Under the pieces are notes generated by a model that worked only from the letters and a program-made list of their open reading frames with translations, was not told the DNA's origin and did no database searches. Of a stretch of 64,000 nt of DNA, positions 9,972 through 19,333 are shown piece after piece. Position numbers and translations under genes: made by a program. The stretch is taken from contig SUUN01000002.1 in assembly GCA_015062495.1 (NCBI GenBank), positions 159,210 to 223,209 on the forward strand, written 5' to 3'. Position 1 is the first letter of the stretch, and the number at the start of each line of letters is the position of its first letter. Origin of the DNA: Alphaproteobacteria bacterium. Lineage in GTDB: Bacteria > Pseudomonadota > Alphaproteobacteria > Rs-D84.

Positions 9972-10049
9972 GTTTTAGATAAAAACAAAACCGACAACGC
10001 AGTGTACAGAAGCTACATAAGTTGTCGGTTTTGTTTTTAGATGAATTAT
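9972..10049. repeat. hairpin repeat element, type B termini, copy
   Basis: ttagataaaaacaaaaccgacaacgcagtgtacagaagctacataagttgtcggttttgtttttagatgaattatt. Confidence 0.7.
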
Positions 10050-10055
10050 TTTTGT

Positions 10056-10772
10056 TTATTCTGCGGCGGTGAACACCTTCTGAACATCATCATTGGCATC
10101 CAGCGCATCCACCAACTTTTCCAGTTTCGCATACGCTTCGTCGTCCAAATCCATTGGCATATTTGGCAACCATGTCAATTCTGCCTGTTCTGGTTCACCC
10201 AACACATCGGCCAGATATTTCTGTGCATTGACAAAGTCTTCTGGTTTGGTTGTGATGATAAATCCTTCTTCGGATGTTTCCAGATTATCGGCATTGGCCT
10301 CCATAATAATTTCCATCATTTCGTCTTCGGTTTTGCCGATTGATGCGGGGTACATAATCTGGCCTGCGCGTGTGAACATGAACACAACAGAACCTTCTTC
10401 GCCCATATTTCCGCCATTTTTGCCAAAGATATTGCGAATTTCCGGCACAGTACGACGTGGATTATCGGTCAATGCCTCTACAATCACCGGCACTGCACCC
10501 GGTCCATAACCTTCATAACGCACAGATTCGTAATTTTCTGTATTTGAACCCGATGCCTTGTCAATTGCGCGTTTGATATTGTCGTTCGGCATAGAATTCT
10601 TGCGCGCGGTTAAAATCGCCAAACGCAGGCGTGGATTGTTATCTGGATTTTTATCACCCAACTTTGCCGCCATGGTAATTTCACGCGCCAGTTTTGTAAA
10701 CAGCCCACTGCGTGCTGCGTCGGCTGCGCCCTTTTTATGCTGAATATTGTGCCATTTACTGTGTCCACTCAT
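10056..10772 (-). CDS. YebC/PmpR family DNA-binding transcriptional regulator
   Basis: 238 aa; MSGHSKWHNIQHKKG...; family signature throughout. Confidence 0.9.
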   Translation of the reverse strand: MSGHSKWHNIQHKKGAADAARSGLFTKLAREITMAAKLGDKNPDNNPRLRLAILTARKNSMPNDNIKRAIDKASGSNTENYESVRYEGYGPGAVPVIVEALTDNPRRTVPEIRNIFGKNGGNMGEEGSVVFMFTRAGQIMYPASIGKTEDEMMEIIMEANADNLETSEEGFIITTKPEDFVNAQKYLADVLGEPEQAELTWLPNMPMDLDDEAYAKLEKLVDALDANDDVQKVFTAAE

Positions 10773-10822
10773 ATTTGACCTTTTTATTTATTTAGATTAA
10801 AATTACCCCAAAAGGATAACAA

Positions 10823-11416
10823 ATGATTGGCAAATTGCAAGGCATAGTTGACTATATCGGCGACGGATTTGTAATTTTATTGGTGAACGGTGTTGGGTAC
10901 AAAGTATTCACCGCCGAATACCTGACACACAAAAGCACGGTTGAACTGTGGATTGAAACGGTTGTCCGCGAAGATTCCATCCGCCTGTTTGGTTTTACGA
11001 CCCTAAACGGTCAAAACCTGTTTAACATGTTAACGGCGGTGTCAGGCGTCGGGCCTAAGGTTGCCCTGGCCATACTTGGCACAATAAATTCCGACACATT
11101 AATGTCTGCGATTGCGACTGGTGACGCAAAAACAATTGCGACGGCCCCGGGCGTTGGTAAAAAGATGGCGGAAAAAATCATTGTTGAATTAAAGAATAAA
11201 ATCGGTGGCGTATCGGCAACACTGTTTGCCCCAGACGCGGGCACAACCACATCTGCATCATCTGCCCTGCCTGATTTGCTGATGGCATTGGAATCATTGG
11301 GCTATCGCCGTCTGGACATAATTGAAATGGCGCAAAAACTGGTAAACCAAAACCCAACGGCGGACGTATCCAAACTGGTCCCCATGGCATTAAAAGAAAT
11401 CAGCGGAAACAAATAA
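10823..11416 (+). CDS. ruvA: Holliday junction branch migration complex subunit RuvA
   Basis: 197 aa; MIGKLQGIV..., HhH pairs GVGPKVALAIL / APGVGKKMAEKII. Confidence 0.9.
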   Translation: MIGKLQGIVDYIGDGFVILLVNGVGYKVFTAEYLTHKSTVELWIETVVREDSIRLFGFTTLNGQNLFNMLTAVSGVGPKVALAILGTINSDTLMSAIATGDAKTIATAPGVGKKMAEKIIVELKNKIGGVSATLFAPDAGTTTSASSALPDLLMALESLGYRRLDIIEMAQKLVNQNPTADVSKLVPMALKEISGNK

Positions 11417-11417
11417 C

Positions 11418-12746
11418 ATGAATAATAACGACACAATTTTCGCACTATCATCTGGGCATGGGAAATCCGGCGTTGCGGTAATTCGCATATCGGGCGACAA
11501 TTTACGCAATATTTTTTCCAAATTCATAAACAAATCGGAATTTGTCCCCCGCCACGCATACTTTTGTAATCTGACGGACACCGCGGGTGATTTAATTGAC
11601 CAATGCCTGGCGATATATTTTCCCGCCCCGAACAGTTTTACCGGCACGGATATTATCGAATTACACACGCACGGCGCACCGGCCACAATTAACGCGACAT
11701 TTGAATACCTGAAAACATTGGGCATGCGCATGGCGACCCCGGGTGAATTTTCACGTCGCGCATTTTATAACAATAAAATGGACTTGGCAGATGTTGATGG
11801 CCTGGCGGCATTACTGGATGCACAAACGGATGTCCAGCGCAAACACGCATTAAAATCCATGCTGGGCCGCGACAGCGAAATTTACAGCACCTGGCGCGAT
11901 CAGATGGTTGAAATTTCTGCGTATGCGGCGGCAATCCTGGATTACAGTTCCGACGACCTGCCCGCGAACATTGGCGAAACAATTCACACACGCACAGAAA
12001 AATTATACAATGAAATCGACACAGCCCTGAATAATTATCACACATCGCGCGCAATTCGTGGTGGTATTAATGTCGCATTGGTCGGCGAAACAAATGTCGG
12101 GAAATCATCAATATTTAATTACCTGGCGGGGTCTAACCGTGCAATTGTGTCCGATATTGCCGGCACCACACGTGATGTCGTATCAATTAACCTGGACATA
12201 GACGGATATTTAATCAACCTGTCTGATACGGCGGGCCTGCGCGAAACAGATGACGAAATTGAATCAATCGGCATCGAACGCACAAAATCTGAAATCGAAA
12301 ATGCGGATATAATTCTACGTATTTATTCCCCTTCGTCTAGCGCAGATGTGTCGCAAATGCGACGGGGTAGTGATAATGAAATCATTATAATCAACAAATC
12401 AGATTTATTATCAAAATCTGAACTCTGCACTCTGAACTCTGCAAACTGTTTGTGTATATCTGCCAAAACCGGCGATGGGATGGATAAATTTATGAACGAA
12501 CTGCGCGCAAAAATTCACGAAATAATGGATGGCGCAGAAAACAGCCTGACAATAAACGCGCGCACAAAATCATTACTGGAATCCGCCCGCGATGAATTGG
12601 GCATGGCACTATCGGCAACCGACAACTATGACATATTTGCCGAACATACGCGCCGCGCCGCAGACGCGATTGGCAAAATATTGGGCACAATCACCGCGAC
12701 CGAAGTTCTGGATAAAACATTTGGCCAACTGTGCCTGGGGAAATAG
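11418..12746 (+). CDS. mnmE: tRNA modification GTPase MnmE
   Basis: 442 aa; G domain GETNVGKSS, DTAG; C-terminal CLGK motif. Confidence 0.9.
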   Translation: MNNNDTIFALSSGHGKSGVAVIRISGDNLRNIFSKFINKSEFVPRHAYFCNLTDTAGDLIDQCLAIYFPAPNSFTGTDIIELHTHGAPATINATFEYLKTLGMRMATPGEFSRRAFYNNKMDLADVDGLAALLDAQTDVQRKHALKSMLGRDSEIYSTWRDQMVEISAYAAAILDYSSDDLPANIGETIHTRTEKLYNEIDTALNNYHTSRAIRGGINVALVGETNVGKSSIFNYLAGSNRAIVSDIAGTTRDVVSINLDIDGYLINLSDTAGLRETDDEIESIGIERTKSEIENADIILRIYSPSSSADVSQMRRGSDNEIIIINKSDLLSKSELCTLNSANCLCISAKTGDGMDKFMNELRAKIHEIMDGAENSLTINARTKSLLESARDELGMALSATDNYDIFAEHTRRAADAIGKILGTITATEVLDKTFGQLCLGK

Positions 12747-12773
12747 CCCCACCCTTACACACAAACACAATGA

Positions 12774-12806
12774 ATAAAAATCCCGCCAAATGGCGGGATT
12801 TTTATT
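12774..12806. terminator. bidirectional terminator between mnmE and the acyl-CoA synthetase gene
   Basis: aaaaatcccgccaaatggcgggattttt. Confidence 0.75.
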
Positions 12807-14382
12807 CATGGCGGTCTGGGTATTTACCCTCAATCAGATTCTGACGCACGACATGGTGTTTAACCTTTTGCGTGCTGGTCAATGGTAAATCTTCGGTTGT
12901 GATGGCGAAATGTGTCACCCACTTGTAACTGGCAACCTTTTTATTTTCCGCTGCAACCGCTGCGCCAATTTGGTCAATTGTTACACCATCTTCGACACTG
13001 AACACCGCATATGTAACAGTTTTATCTTTGACCTTGTGTTCAAATACGGCAACGTTCTTGACGCCTGGAATTGTGATATACATCCCTTCCAGTTCGTCTG
13101 GATAAACGTTTTTACCACTGTCCAAAACGATAACCTGCTTTTTGCGGCCCGCAAAGTGCAATTCACCGTTTTTATCCATCGTCACCATATCACCTGTATT
13201 AAAGAATCCGCGTTCATCGAATATCTCTTTGTTCGCTTCTTCGTTATTCAGATAACCACCAAACACCTGGTGACCGCGCAACCACAGAACACCAACACCG
13301 TCTTCGTTTTTATCACGAATTTCGCATTCATTATTCAGTGTTGGTCCACCGAACGCAAACGGGAAACGTTTCTTGGTTGGTTTTGAAATACAGATTGGTC
13401 CAACTGTTTCTGTCAATCCATACCCCTGGATAAAGGTCAATCCCAAACGTTCATAGAATGTTTCAACCTCTGGCTTGGTCGCCGCACCACCTGCGATTAA
13501 CAGACGCGCGCGTCCCCCAAACACATCCAAGATTGGTTTTTGCACCTTGCGCACCAATGCGCCCAGGCCAATTTTCTGTAACACCTTGCCATACTTCAAA
13601 ACAAATGATACCAGCCACCATTTTTTCTGGGCCTTGACATTGTCGATAATTTTGTTACGGAACACTTCCCACAGACGTGGCACCGCCGGAATAACCTGGG
13701 GACGGAATTTTTTAAAGTCCGCCATAATTTCCTTTGGATTAACGGTTGGCTGTAACAACACGCCCGCACCAAAGTGAATTGTCGCCAGGATTTCAACCCC
13801 AAACCCAAACACGTGATACATCGGCAGGAATCCATACAGAATATCCCCCTCTTTAATCCATTCGGCCATTGATTCCAAAGAATTCGCGCATTCAATAATA
13901 TTAAAGTGTGTCAATGGCACAACCTTGGGCACACCTGTTGAACCCGACGTGAATGACATTGTCGCAATATCCAGCGATTCCACCGCCGCCGGCTTTAAAT
14001 CCGGATCAATCTTGCCGTCTTTTTTGGTAATATCATAGAATTTAAATTTATCTGTTTTGTACTGGAACGATTTTTCCGAACAAACCACCTTACAATTTGT
14101 GATTGTCGCCATATTGTCATATTCGTACGGGGTCAGATTTGTATCCAGCAACAACACCGTCCCACCCAAATACCAAATCGCAAACAGCGTGATTGGAAAT
14201 TCTGGGATATTGTGCGACAAGATACCAACCACATCACCCTTTTTTACACCGGCTTTATCCAGGCTGGCGGCACGCGCCTTGACCAAACCGACAAAGTCTT
14301 TATACGAAACGCCTTCGCGCACCAGATACAGATTATCTGGCCATGTTTGCGCGGCGCGTTCTAACAACTGATACATATTCAT
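12802..14382 (-). CDS. long-chain fatty acid--CoA ligase (AMP-binding family)
   Basis: start set at MNMYQLLERAAQ...; TSGSTGVPK AMP-binding motif; ORF-track N-terminal extension looks spurious. Confidence 0.8.
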   Translation of the reverse strand: MNMYQLLERAAQTWPDNLYLVREGVSYKDFVGLVKARAASLDKAGVKKGDVVGILSHNIPEFPITLFAIWYLGGTVLLLDTNLTPYEYDNMATITNCKVVCSEKSFQYKTDKFKFYDITKKDGKIDPDLKPAAVESLDIATMSFTSGSTGVPKVVPLTHFNIIECANSLESMAEWIKEGDILYGFLPMYHVFGFGVEILATIHFGAGVLLQPTVNPKEIMADFKKFRPQVIPAVPRLWEVFRNKIIDNVKAQKKWWLVSFVLKYGKVLQKIGLGALVRKVQKPILDVFGGRARLLIAGGAATKPEVETFYERLGLTFIQGYGLTETVGPICISKPTKKRFPFAFGGPTLNNECEIRDKNEDGVGVLWLRGHQVFGGYLNNEEANKEIFDERGFFNTGDMVTMDKNGELHFAGRKKQVIVLDSGKNVYPDELEGMYITIPGVKNVAVFEHKVKDKTVTYAVFSVEDGVTIDQIGAAVAAENKKVASYKWVTHFAITTEDLPLTSTQKVKHHVVRQNLIEGKYPDRHE

Positions 14383-14452
14383 GTTATAAAATTCCTTGTT
14401 GTTTTTTATATTGGACACGGATATTATACTCATGAAAAAAAGGAAAGCAAAC

Positions 14453-15223
14453 ATGAAAATCTTGACCCTAAATATCAATTCTATCCGTGCACATATTGAA
14501 AGTTTTATCGACATCCTGCGTGGTGGCGAATACGACACAATCCTGGTCCAGGAATTAAAGGTTGAAACCGCCAATTTTCCCTACATGTTGCTCGATGAAT
14601 TTGGCTATAATGTCAAGGTTTTTGGCCAAAAATCCTGGAACGGCGTTGCGATTTTTTCTAAATATTCAATCGAAGACACCATACTTGGCATGCCAAATTA
14701 TGCCGATCCAAACGCCCGTTTTCTTGAATGCGTGATTGATGGTCGCGTGCGTGTTATCAACACATATATGCCAAATGGCGACACTGTGGATTCACCAAAA
14801 TTTCCATATAAATTGGAATGGATGCGCGCATTCACGGACTATATTTCCCAATACTTGGATTCCCCAGAACCCGTTATAATCGGCGGCGACTTTAATGTCG
14901 CAATCGAAGACCGCGACATCTGGAAACCAAAAAATTACGAAGGCATCGCCATTTCTGCCCCGGCGGCGCGCGCCATAATGAACGATTGGTTGAACGCGGG
15001 CTGGGTTGACGCATGGCGCGCCCTGCACCCAAATGACATTGATTACACATGGTACGGATATCGTGGCCGCGACACCGTTGGTAATAAACAGGGCCTGCGC
15101 CTGGATTATTTCCTGTGCAATAAAACAGCGGCAAAAATGATTAAGAATTGCGAAATCGATATCGAACCACGCCTAGCCTCTAAACCCACCGATCATTGTG
15201 GATTGATGCTGGAATTAAAATAG
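14453..15223 (+). CDS. xthA: exodeoxyribonuclease III
   Basis: start at MKILTLNINSIRAH with RBS aaaggaaagcaaacATG; EEP fold, C-terminal DHCGLMLEL. Confidence 0.85.
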   Translation: MKILTLNINSIRAHIESFIDILRGGEYDTILVQELKVETANFPYMLLDEFGYNVKVFGQKSWNGVAIFSKYSIEDTILGMPNYADPNARFLECVIDGRVRVINTYMPNGDTVDSPKFPYKLEWMRAFTDYISQYLDSPEPVIIGGDFNVAIEDRDIWKPKNYEGIAISAPAARAIMNDWLNAGWVDAWRALHPNDIDYTWYGYRGRDTVGNKQGLRLDYFLCNKTAAKMIKNCEIDIEPRLASKPTDHCGLMLELK

Positions 15224-15262
15224 TTCAAATCGCAACACCGCGAACCGATTGCGAAAAAAATA

Positions 15263-15357
15263 AAAGATAATGGTATAGATGCGCCGTGGTCGGCAAGCGT
15301 AGTGTACAGAAGTTACATGAGCGAACCGACCACAAGCAGATATGCCATTGGATTTTA
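15263..15357. repeat. hairpin repeat element, type A termini, copy 2a
   Basis: aaagataatggtatagatgcgccgtggtcggcaagcgtagtgtacagaagttacatgagcgaaccgaccacaagcagatatgccattggatttta. Confidence 0.75.
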
Positions 15358-15364
15358 TAAAATT

Positions 15365-15462
15365 AAAGATAATGGTATAGATATGGGATGGGGGCGACAT
15401 CGTAGTGTACAAACGCTACATGAGATGTCACCCCCGCCCATAGATATGCCATTAGATTTTAT
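15365..15462. repeat. hairpin repeat element, type A termini, copy 2b (tandem with 2a)
   Basis: core variant gtagtgtacaaacgctacatgag, flanked by gggatgggggcgacatc / gatgtcacccccgccc inverted stems. Confidence 0.75.
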
Positions 15463-15464
15463 TT

Positions 15465-17963
15465 TTAATCTTTAATGCGGGCTAAATCATCATACACCTT
15501 GTATTTCTGGTCACCTGTTTCGCGATATTCATATGCAGCCGCGCCCGCTGAATAGATATTAAACAATTCTGTTGTCTTATCGACCGCCATACGCATCATT
15601 TGGGCGGTTTGTTCCGCGTCATATTCAATCACCCGCGCGTCATTGTTTTTCAGTTGTAAAAACCGCATAATCGGCGCACGCGACAATGATGTTGTCTGAA
15701 TTGGAAAACCGCCCGACTGTAAAATATACGCCTCCAACGGTAATTGTGGCATATTGCCCTGCTCTAACTGGCTTTTTGATGGTGCGGCACCGGTCTTAAC
15801 ATCCATAACCCCACCATCCCATATGCGATCTGCGCGCGCACGCACATTGCGTCCCGCAATTTTAACGCACCCACCAATTTCCGCATACGCATTTTGAACG
15901 CTTGTCAATTCATTGGCAATAACCGGCGCAATTTCCAAGAACCGCTTATGCCAGAAATGAAATATCACACTGCCCGCGCCCAATTTTTCCAACGCCCGCC
16001 GATCCATTTCTGCGACCAATACGTCCGGGCGCAAATCCGTCGCATGTTCAATCACATCGTGAACCAGATTTCCAAAATCACGCGCATCAACCCCAACCCA
16101 ATAATCATCCAACACCCGCAACCGCAAAATATGTCGCACATAAAATGAATACGGATTATGAATCAAATGTTCTAACTCTGTCACATATACATCCGACCAA
16201 TCGGCGGGTGGCACAGGCGCAGAATAATCCAGCGGCCTATACGGCACATCATCACGCGCCAAAACCGCATCCAAAATTTCTGTATCCCGATTAAACACAC
16301 CCCGTCGCGCAATCACGCGTGATATAAAACGCGATTCTGTTGTCTGAACACCGCCGGACACACCCGACCGCAACCAATACACACACTTTCCACACGACAG
16401 ATTCATAAAATCCAGCGCCTGCAGGGACACTTTGCGATTTGGTGATGGCAACCCAATTTTTTCCGCCACCACACGTGGCAACCACGCATTTTCATACCCG
16501 CGCGATGGAAACATCCCTTCGTTCAGCCCCGTCAAAATCACAACATCCGCCGTCTGCATACGCGATTCAATTGTCCCCAGCACAACCACGTCTGCCCCAT
16601 CACGCATTGCACCACGTACCGACACGCCCGACAACGCATCTCCAACAAACGTGCGCGCATCCGACAATGTTAAATCTATCCCTGCCACATTCAGTGCATT
16701 TGACATATCGCGCAACGCCAACCAAATTTCCACATTATCATCCGCGACAAATTGTGGCTGAAACTGTGGCATATACAAATCCACAATCATCGCAATTGTA
16801 TTAAATAAATCATGATTATTTTCGGCATAGATTTTATCAAACGCATTTGATTTTTGTTCAATCCATGTATCTAATAAATTCAGAATCGCCCGCCCCTGTG
16901 CCGTCATCGTGCCGGGCACACCACCTGAAAAATCTGCATCCACACCACGTGCACGCAATGCCGCCGCAATACGCTGGTTTCCCGCCGCATCCGGCGTTAT
17001 CACCAACACAGATTTATTCTGCGCAACGGCACGCGCGGCAATTTCCGCAACCACGTCTGCCTCAACCCCTTCACGTGGAACAGTGACCAGGTGACAGTTT
17101 GATAAATCCGCATCTATATCACATGCCGCACAATCATTCCCAAATGCATAATTCATAAAATCTATTTTTGACGCCCCAACATCAATTGGCCGAACATCCC
17201 CCGCCCCTAACCCCAGGCGTGACAAGAACTTATATTCCGCATTGTACGGATTTGTATCTAATTCAAAGTCTTCCACGCGCCCCGCAATTTTCCCCGACAG
17301 GATAATCCGCCCATGTGGCGCGCGTGCAACAGATTCCATCAAATCGGCTGTGGCGGGCACACTGGCGGTTGATGCGCAGACAATCACCAATTTATATTTA
17401 TCCAGTTGATTTGCCCATGCATGAATATCGCGATTTCGCGCCGCAACCGCCGTAATTCGCCCCCCCGCATACTTATCCATAAATCCTGACAAAATCCCCA
17501 GGATTTTTGCCTTGCTTTGAAAATGTGTGGCATATTTTTCATCAACCAACGACGCCCAATCTATTGTTGCTGCATCCACCCCTTCGTTTTCCATATAGTC
17601 CTGCATACGCACCAAATCATGGGCCACAGACAATGCGGTCGTCAAATTTCCCACATTTGCGTCCGCCGCCAACAATCGGGTTAAAATCGCAACACGTTCA
17701 ACATTTAAAATAATATCCGGGGAATTTTCTGTATCATCTGCATCTTCGTCCACCCCTTCGCCCAGTGCAACCAAACGTGGCAAAATTGCCACCCCACCCG
17801 ACCGTTCCGCAATCATTTTTTCGACCGTGCGCACAGCGCGCCGACTGGGCAGAAATATCAGCATGTCTGCCACATCCACCCCAGATTCCACCATAACACG
17901 CCACAGCGCATCCGCCATCCGCGCCGGATTTGTCGCATAAAAGATATTGTTATTTAATGCCAA
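15465..17963 (-). CDS. AddB-like double-strand break repair nuclease (PD-(D/E)XK family), no adjacent AddA
   Basis: 832 aa; C-terminal RecB-type nuclease signature (ARADRIWDGGVMDVKTGAAPS). Confidence 0.6.
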   Translation of the reverse strand: MALNNNIFYATNPARMADALWRVMVESGVDVADMLIFLPSRRAVRTVEKMIAERSGGVAILPRLVALGEGVDEDADDTENSPDIILNVERVAILTRLLAADANVGNLTTALSVAHDLVRMQDYMENEGVDAATIDWASLVDEKYATHFQSKAKILGILSGFMDKYAGGRITAVAARNRDIHAWANQLDKYKLVIVCASTASVPATADLMESVARAPHGRIILSGKIAGRVEDFELDTNPYNAEYKFLSRLGLGAGDVRPIDVGASKIDFMNYAFGNDCAACDIDADLSNCHLVTVPREGVEADVVAEIAARAVAQNKSVLVITPDAAGNQRIAAALRARGVDADFSGGVPGTMTAQGRAILNLLDTWIEQKSNAFDKIYAENNHDLFNTIAMIVDLYMPQFQPQFVADDNVEIWLALRDMSNALNVAGIDLTLSDARTFVGDALSGVSVRGAMRDGADVVVLGTIESRMQTADVVILTGLNEGMFPSRGYENAWLPRVVAEKIGLPSPNRKVSLQALDFMNLSCGKCVYWLRSGVSGGVQTTESRFISRVIARRGVFNRDTEILDAVLARDDVPYRPLDYSAPVPPADWSDVYVTELEHLIHNPYSFYVRHILRLRVLDDYWVGVDARDFGNLVHDVIEHATDLRPDVLVAEMDRRALEKLGAGSVIFHFWHKRFLEIAPVIANELTSVQNAYAEIGGCVKIAGRNVRARADRIWDGGVMDVKTGAAPSKSQLEQGNMPQLPLEAYILQSGGFPIQTTSLSRAPIMRFLQLKNNDARVIEYDAEQTAQMMRMAVDKTTELFNIYSAGAAAYEYRETGDQKYKVYDDLARIKD

Positions 17964-18513
17964 GTGTTTCCCTTATTGCATCCAGACCTGTTTTCTTTTC
18001 TGCCGATGTCATCAGAATTTCCGGCAACATCGCCCCATGATCGGTATGCTTTATTTCCAACTGTTTTTCTTCGCGTACTTTTTTATCCTTTTTCGTATAA
18101 ACGATTTGATATGCAATCGCATTCGCATCACAGAAATCCATCAAATCTAAATCGGCATTTTTCACCCCAATTCGCGAATCAATCAAGATGAACAAGCGTT
18201 TCAACTGTCGTCGCGTCACCAGATATTCTTCCAATCGTTTCAACCACCGCATCGCATCAACTTTTGACACCTTGGCATAACCATAACCTGGCAAATCCAC
18301 AATCATCACCCGGTCATCCAGATTAAACAAATTCAGACTTTGCGTCCGCCCCGGCGTATTTGACGTACGCGCCACCGGCGCACCCACAACCGCATTAATC
18401 AATGATGATTTTCCCACATTACTGCGCCCGATAAACGCATACTCTGCAAAATGCGTATTTGGCAAAGATTTAACTGTTTCAAAACTGCCTACAAATTTAA
18501 TCATCTGCCCCAC
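17950..18513 (-). CDS. engB: ribosome biogenesis GTP-binding protein YihA/EngB
   Basis: 187 aa; GRSNVGKSSLIN, DLPGYGYAKVS, TKKDK motifs. Confidence 0.85.
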   Translation of the reverse strand: MGQMIKFVGSFETVKSLPNTHFAEYAFIGRSNVGKSSLINAVVGAPVARTSNTPGRTQSLNLFNLDDRVMIVDLPGYGYAKVSKVDAMRWLKRLEEYLVTRRQLKRLFILIDSRIGVKNADLDLMDFCDANAIAYQIVYTKKDKKVREEKQLEIKHTDHGAMLPEILMTSAEKKTGLDAIRETLGIK

Positions 18514-19297
18514 CTTTGTCTAATAAACGTTTATAGGCTTCTTTTTTTGAAATCCCGGTACGCGCCGCCAAATCAGCCGCCGCCGATTTCATAGATGTCG
18601 CCGCAATATCATTTACAATTTCTGAAATCTGCGCGTCACTCATTTTTATTTCTGGCCGTGGTGCAACCACAATAACAATTTCCCCACGCGGTGGCGCAAT
18701 ATTCACCAATTCTGCCGGATAGCCGATAATCGCCTCTTCATGAATTTTGGTAATTTCGCGCACAATTGCAATTTTGCGTTCTGGCATTACACGCGCCATT
18801 GCGGCAATTGTCGCCATAACACGATTTGGACTTTCATAGTAAATGATAGTATGCGGAATTTTGTTGTCATCGCGCAATTTCTTTTCATCAAAGAAACCAC
18901 AGAACGTAAATCTGTCTGTTGGAAACCCACTTAACACCAGTGCCGATATACACGCCACCGGCCCCGGCACAACAAACACCGGCACACCCGCCGCGCGCGC
19001 CGCACGCACCAAACGAAACCCTGGGTCCGATATCCCCGGCATACCCGCGTCAGACACACACGCCACCGACATACCATTTTGAATTTTTTGGATTAAATCA
19101 CCCACAACATCGCGTTCATTATGTTCATGACATGAAACACGTTTCGTCTTGATATCAAAGTGCGCCGCCAACTTGCCAAATACGCGTGTATCTTCGGCAG
19201 CGATTAAATCAACATTTTGTAAAACATCTATCGCGCGCGGCGACATATCTGACAAATTTCCAATTGGCGTCCCAACAACATAAAGCCCCGTTTGCAT
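18497..19297 (-). CDS. rsmI: 16S rRNA (cytidine1402-2'-O)-methyltransferase RsmI
   Basis: start set at MQTGLYVVGTPIGNLSDMSPRA; tetrapyrrole-methylase fold. Confidence 0.85.
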   Translation of the reverse strand: MQTGLYVVGTPIGNLSDMSPRAIDVLQNVDLIAAEDTRVFGKLAAHFDIKTKRVSCHEHNERDVVGDLIQKIQNGMSVACVSDAGMPGISDPGFRLVRAARAAGVPVFVVPGPVACISALVLSGFPTDRFTFCGFFDEKKLRDDNKIPHTIIYYESPNRVMATIAAMARVMPERKIAIVREITKIHEEAIIGYPAELVNIAPPRGEIVIVVAPRPEIKMSDAQISEIVNDIAATSMKSAAADLAARTGISKKEAYKRLLDKGGADD

Positions 19298-19333
19298 TCG
19301 TAATCCTTTTATAGTAAAATGATACAAAATAAA

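Noticed and set aside
12802-14574. N-terminal 64 codons of the acyl-CoA synthetase ORF and the first 19 codons of the xthA ORF
   Set aside because: Extensions have no similarity and no RBS, and would overlap the divergent neighbour; internal starts MNMYQLL and MKILTLN fit the families
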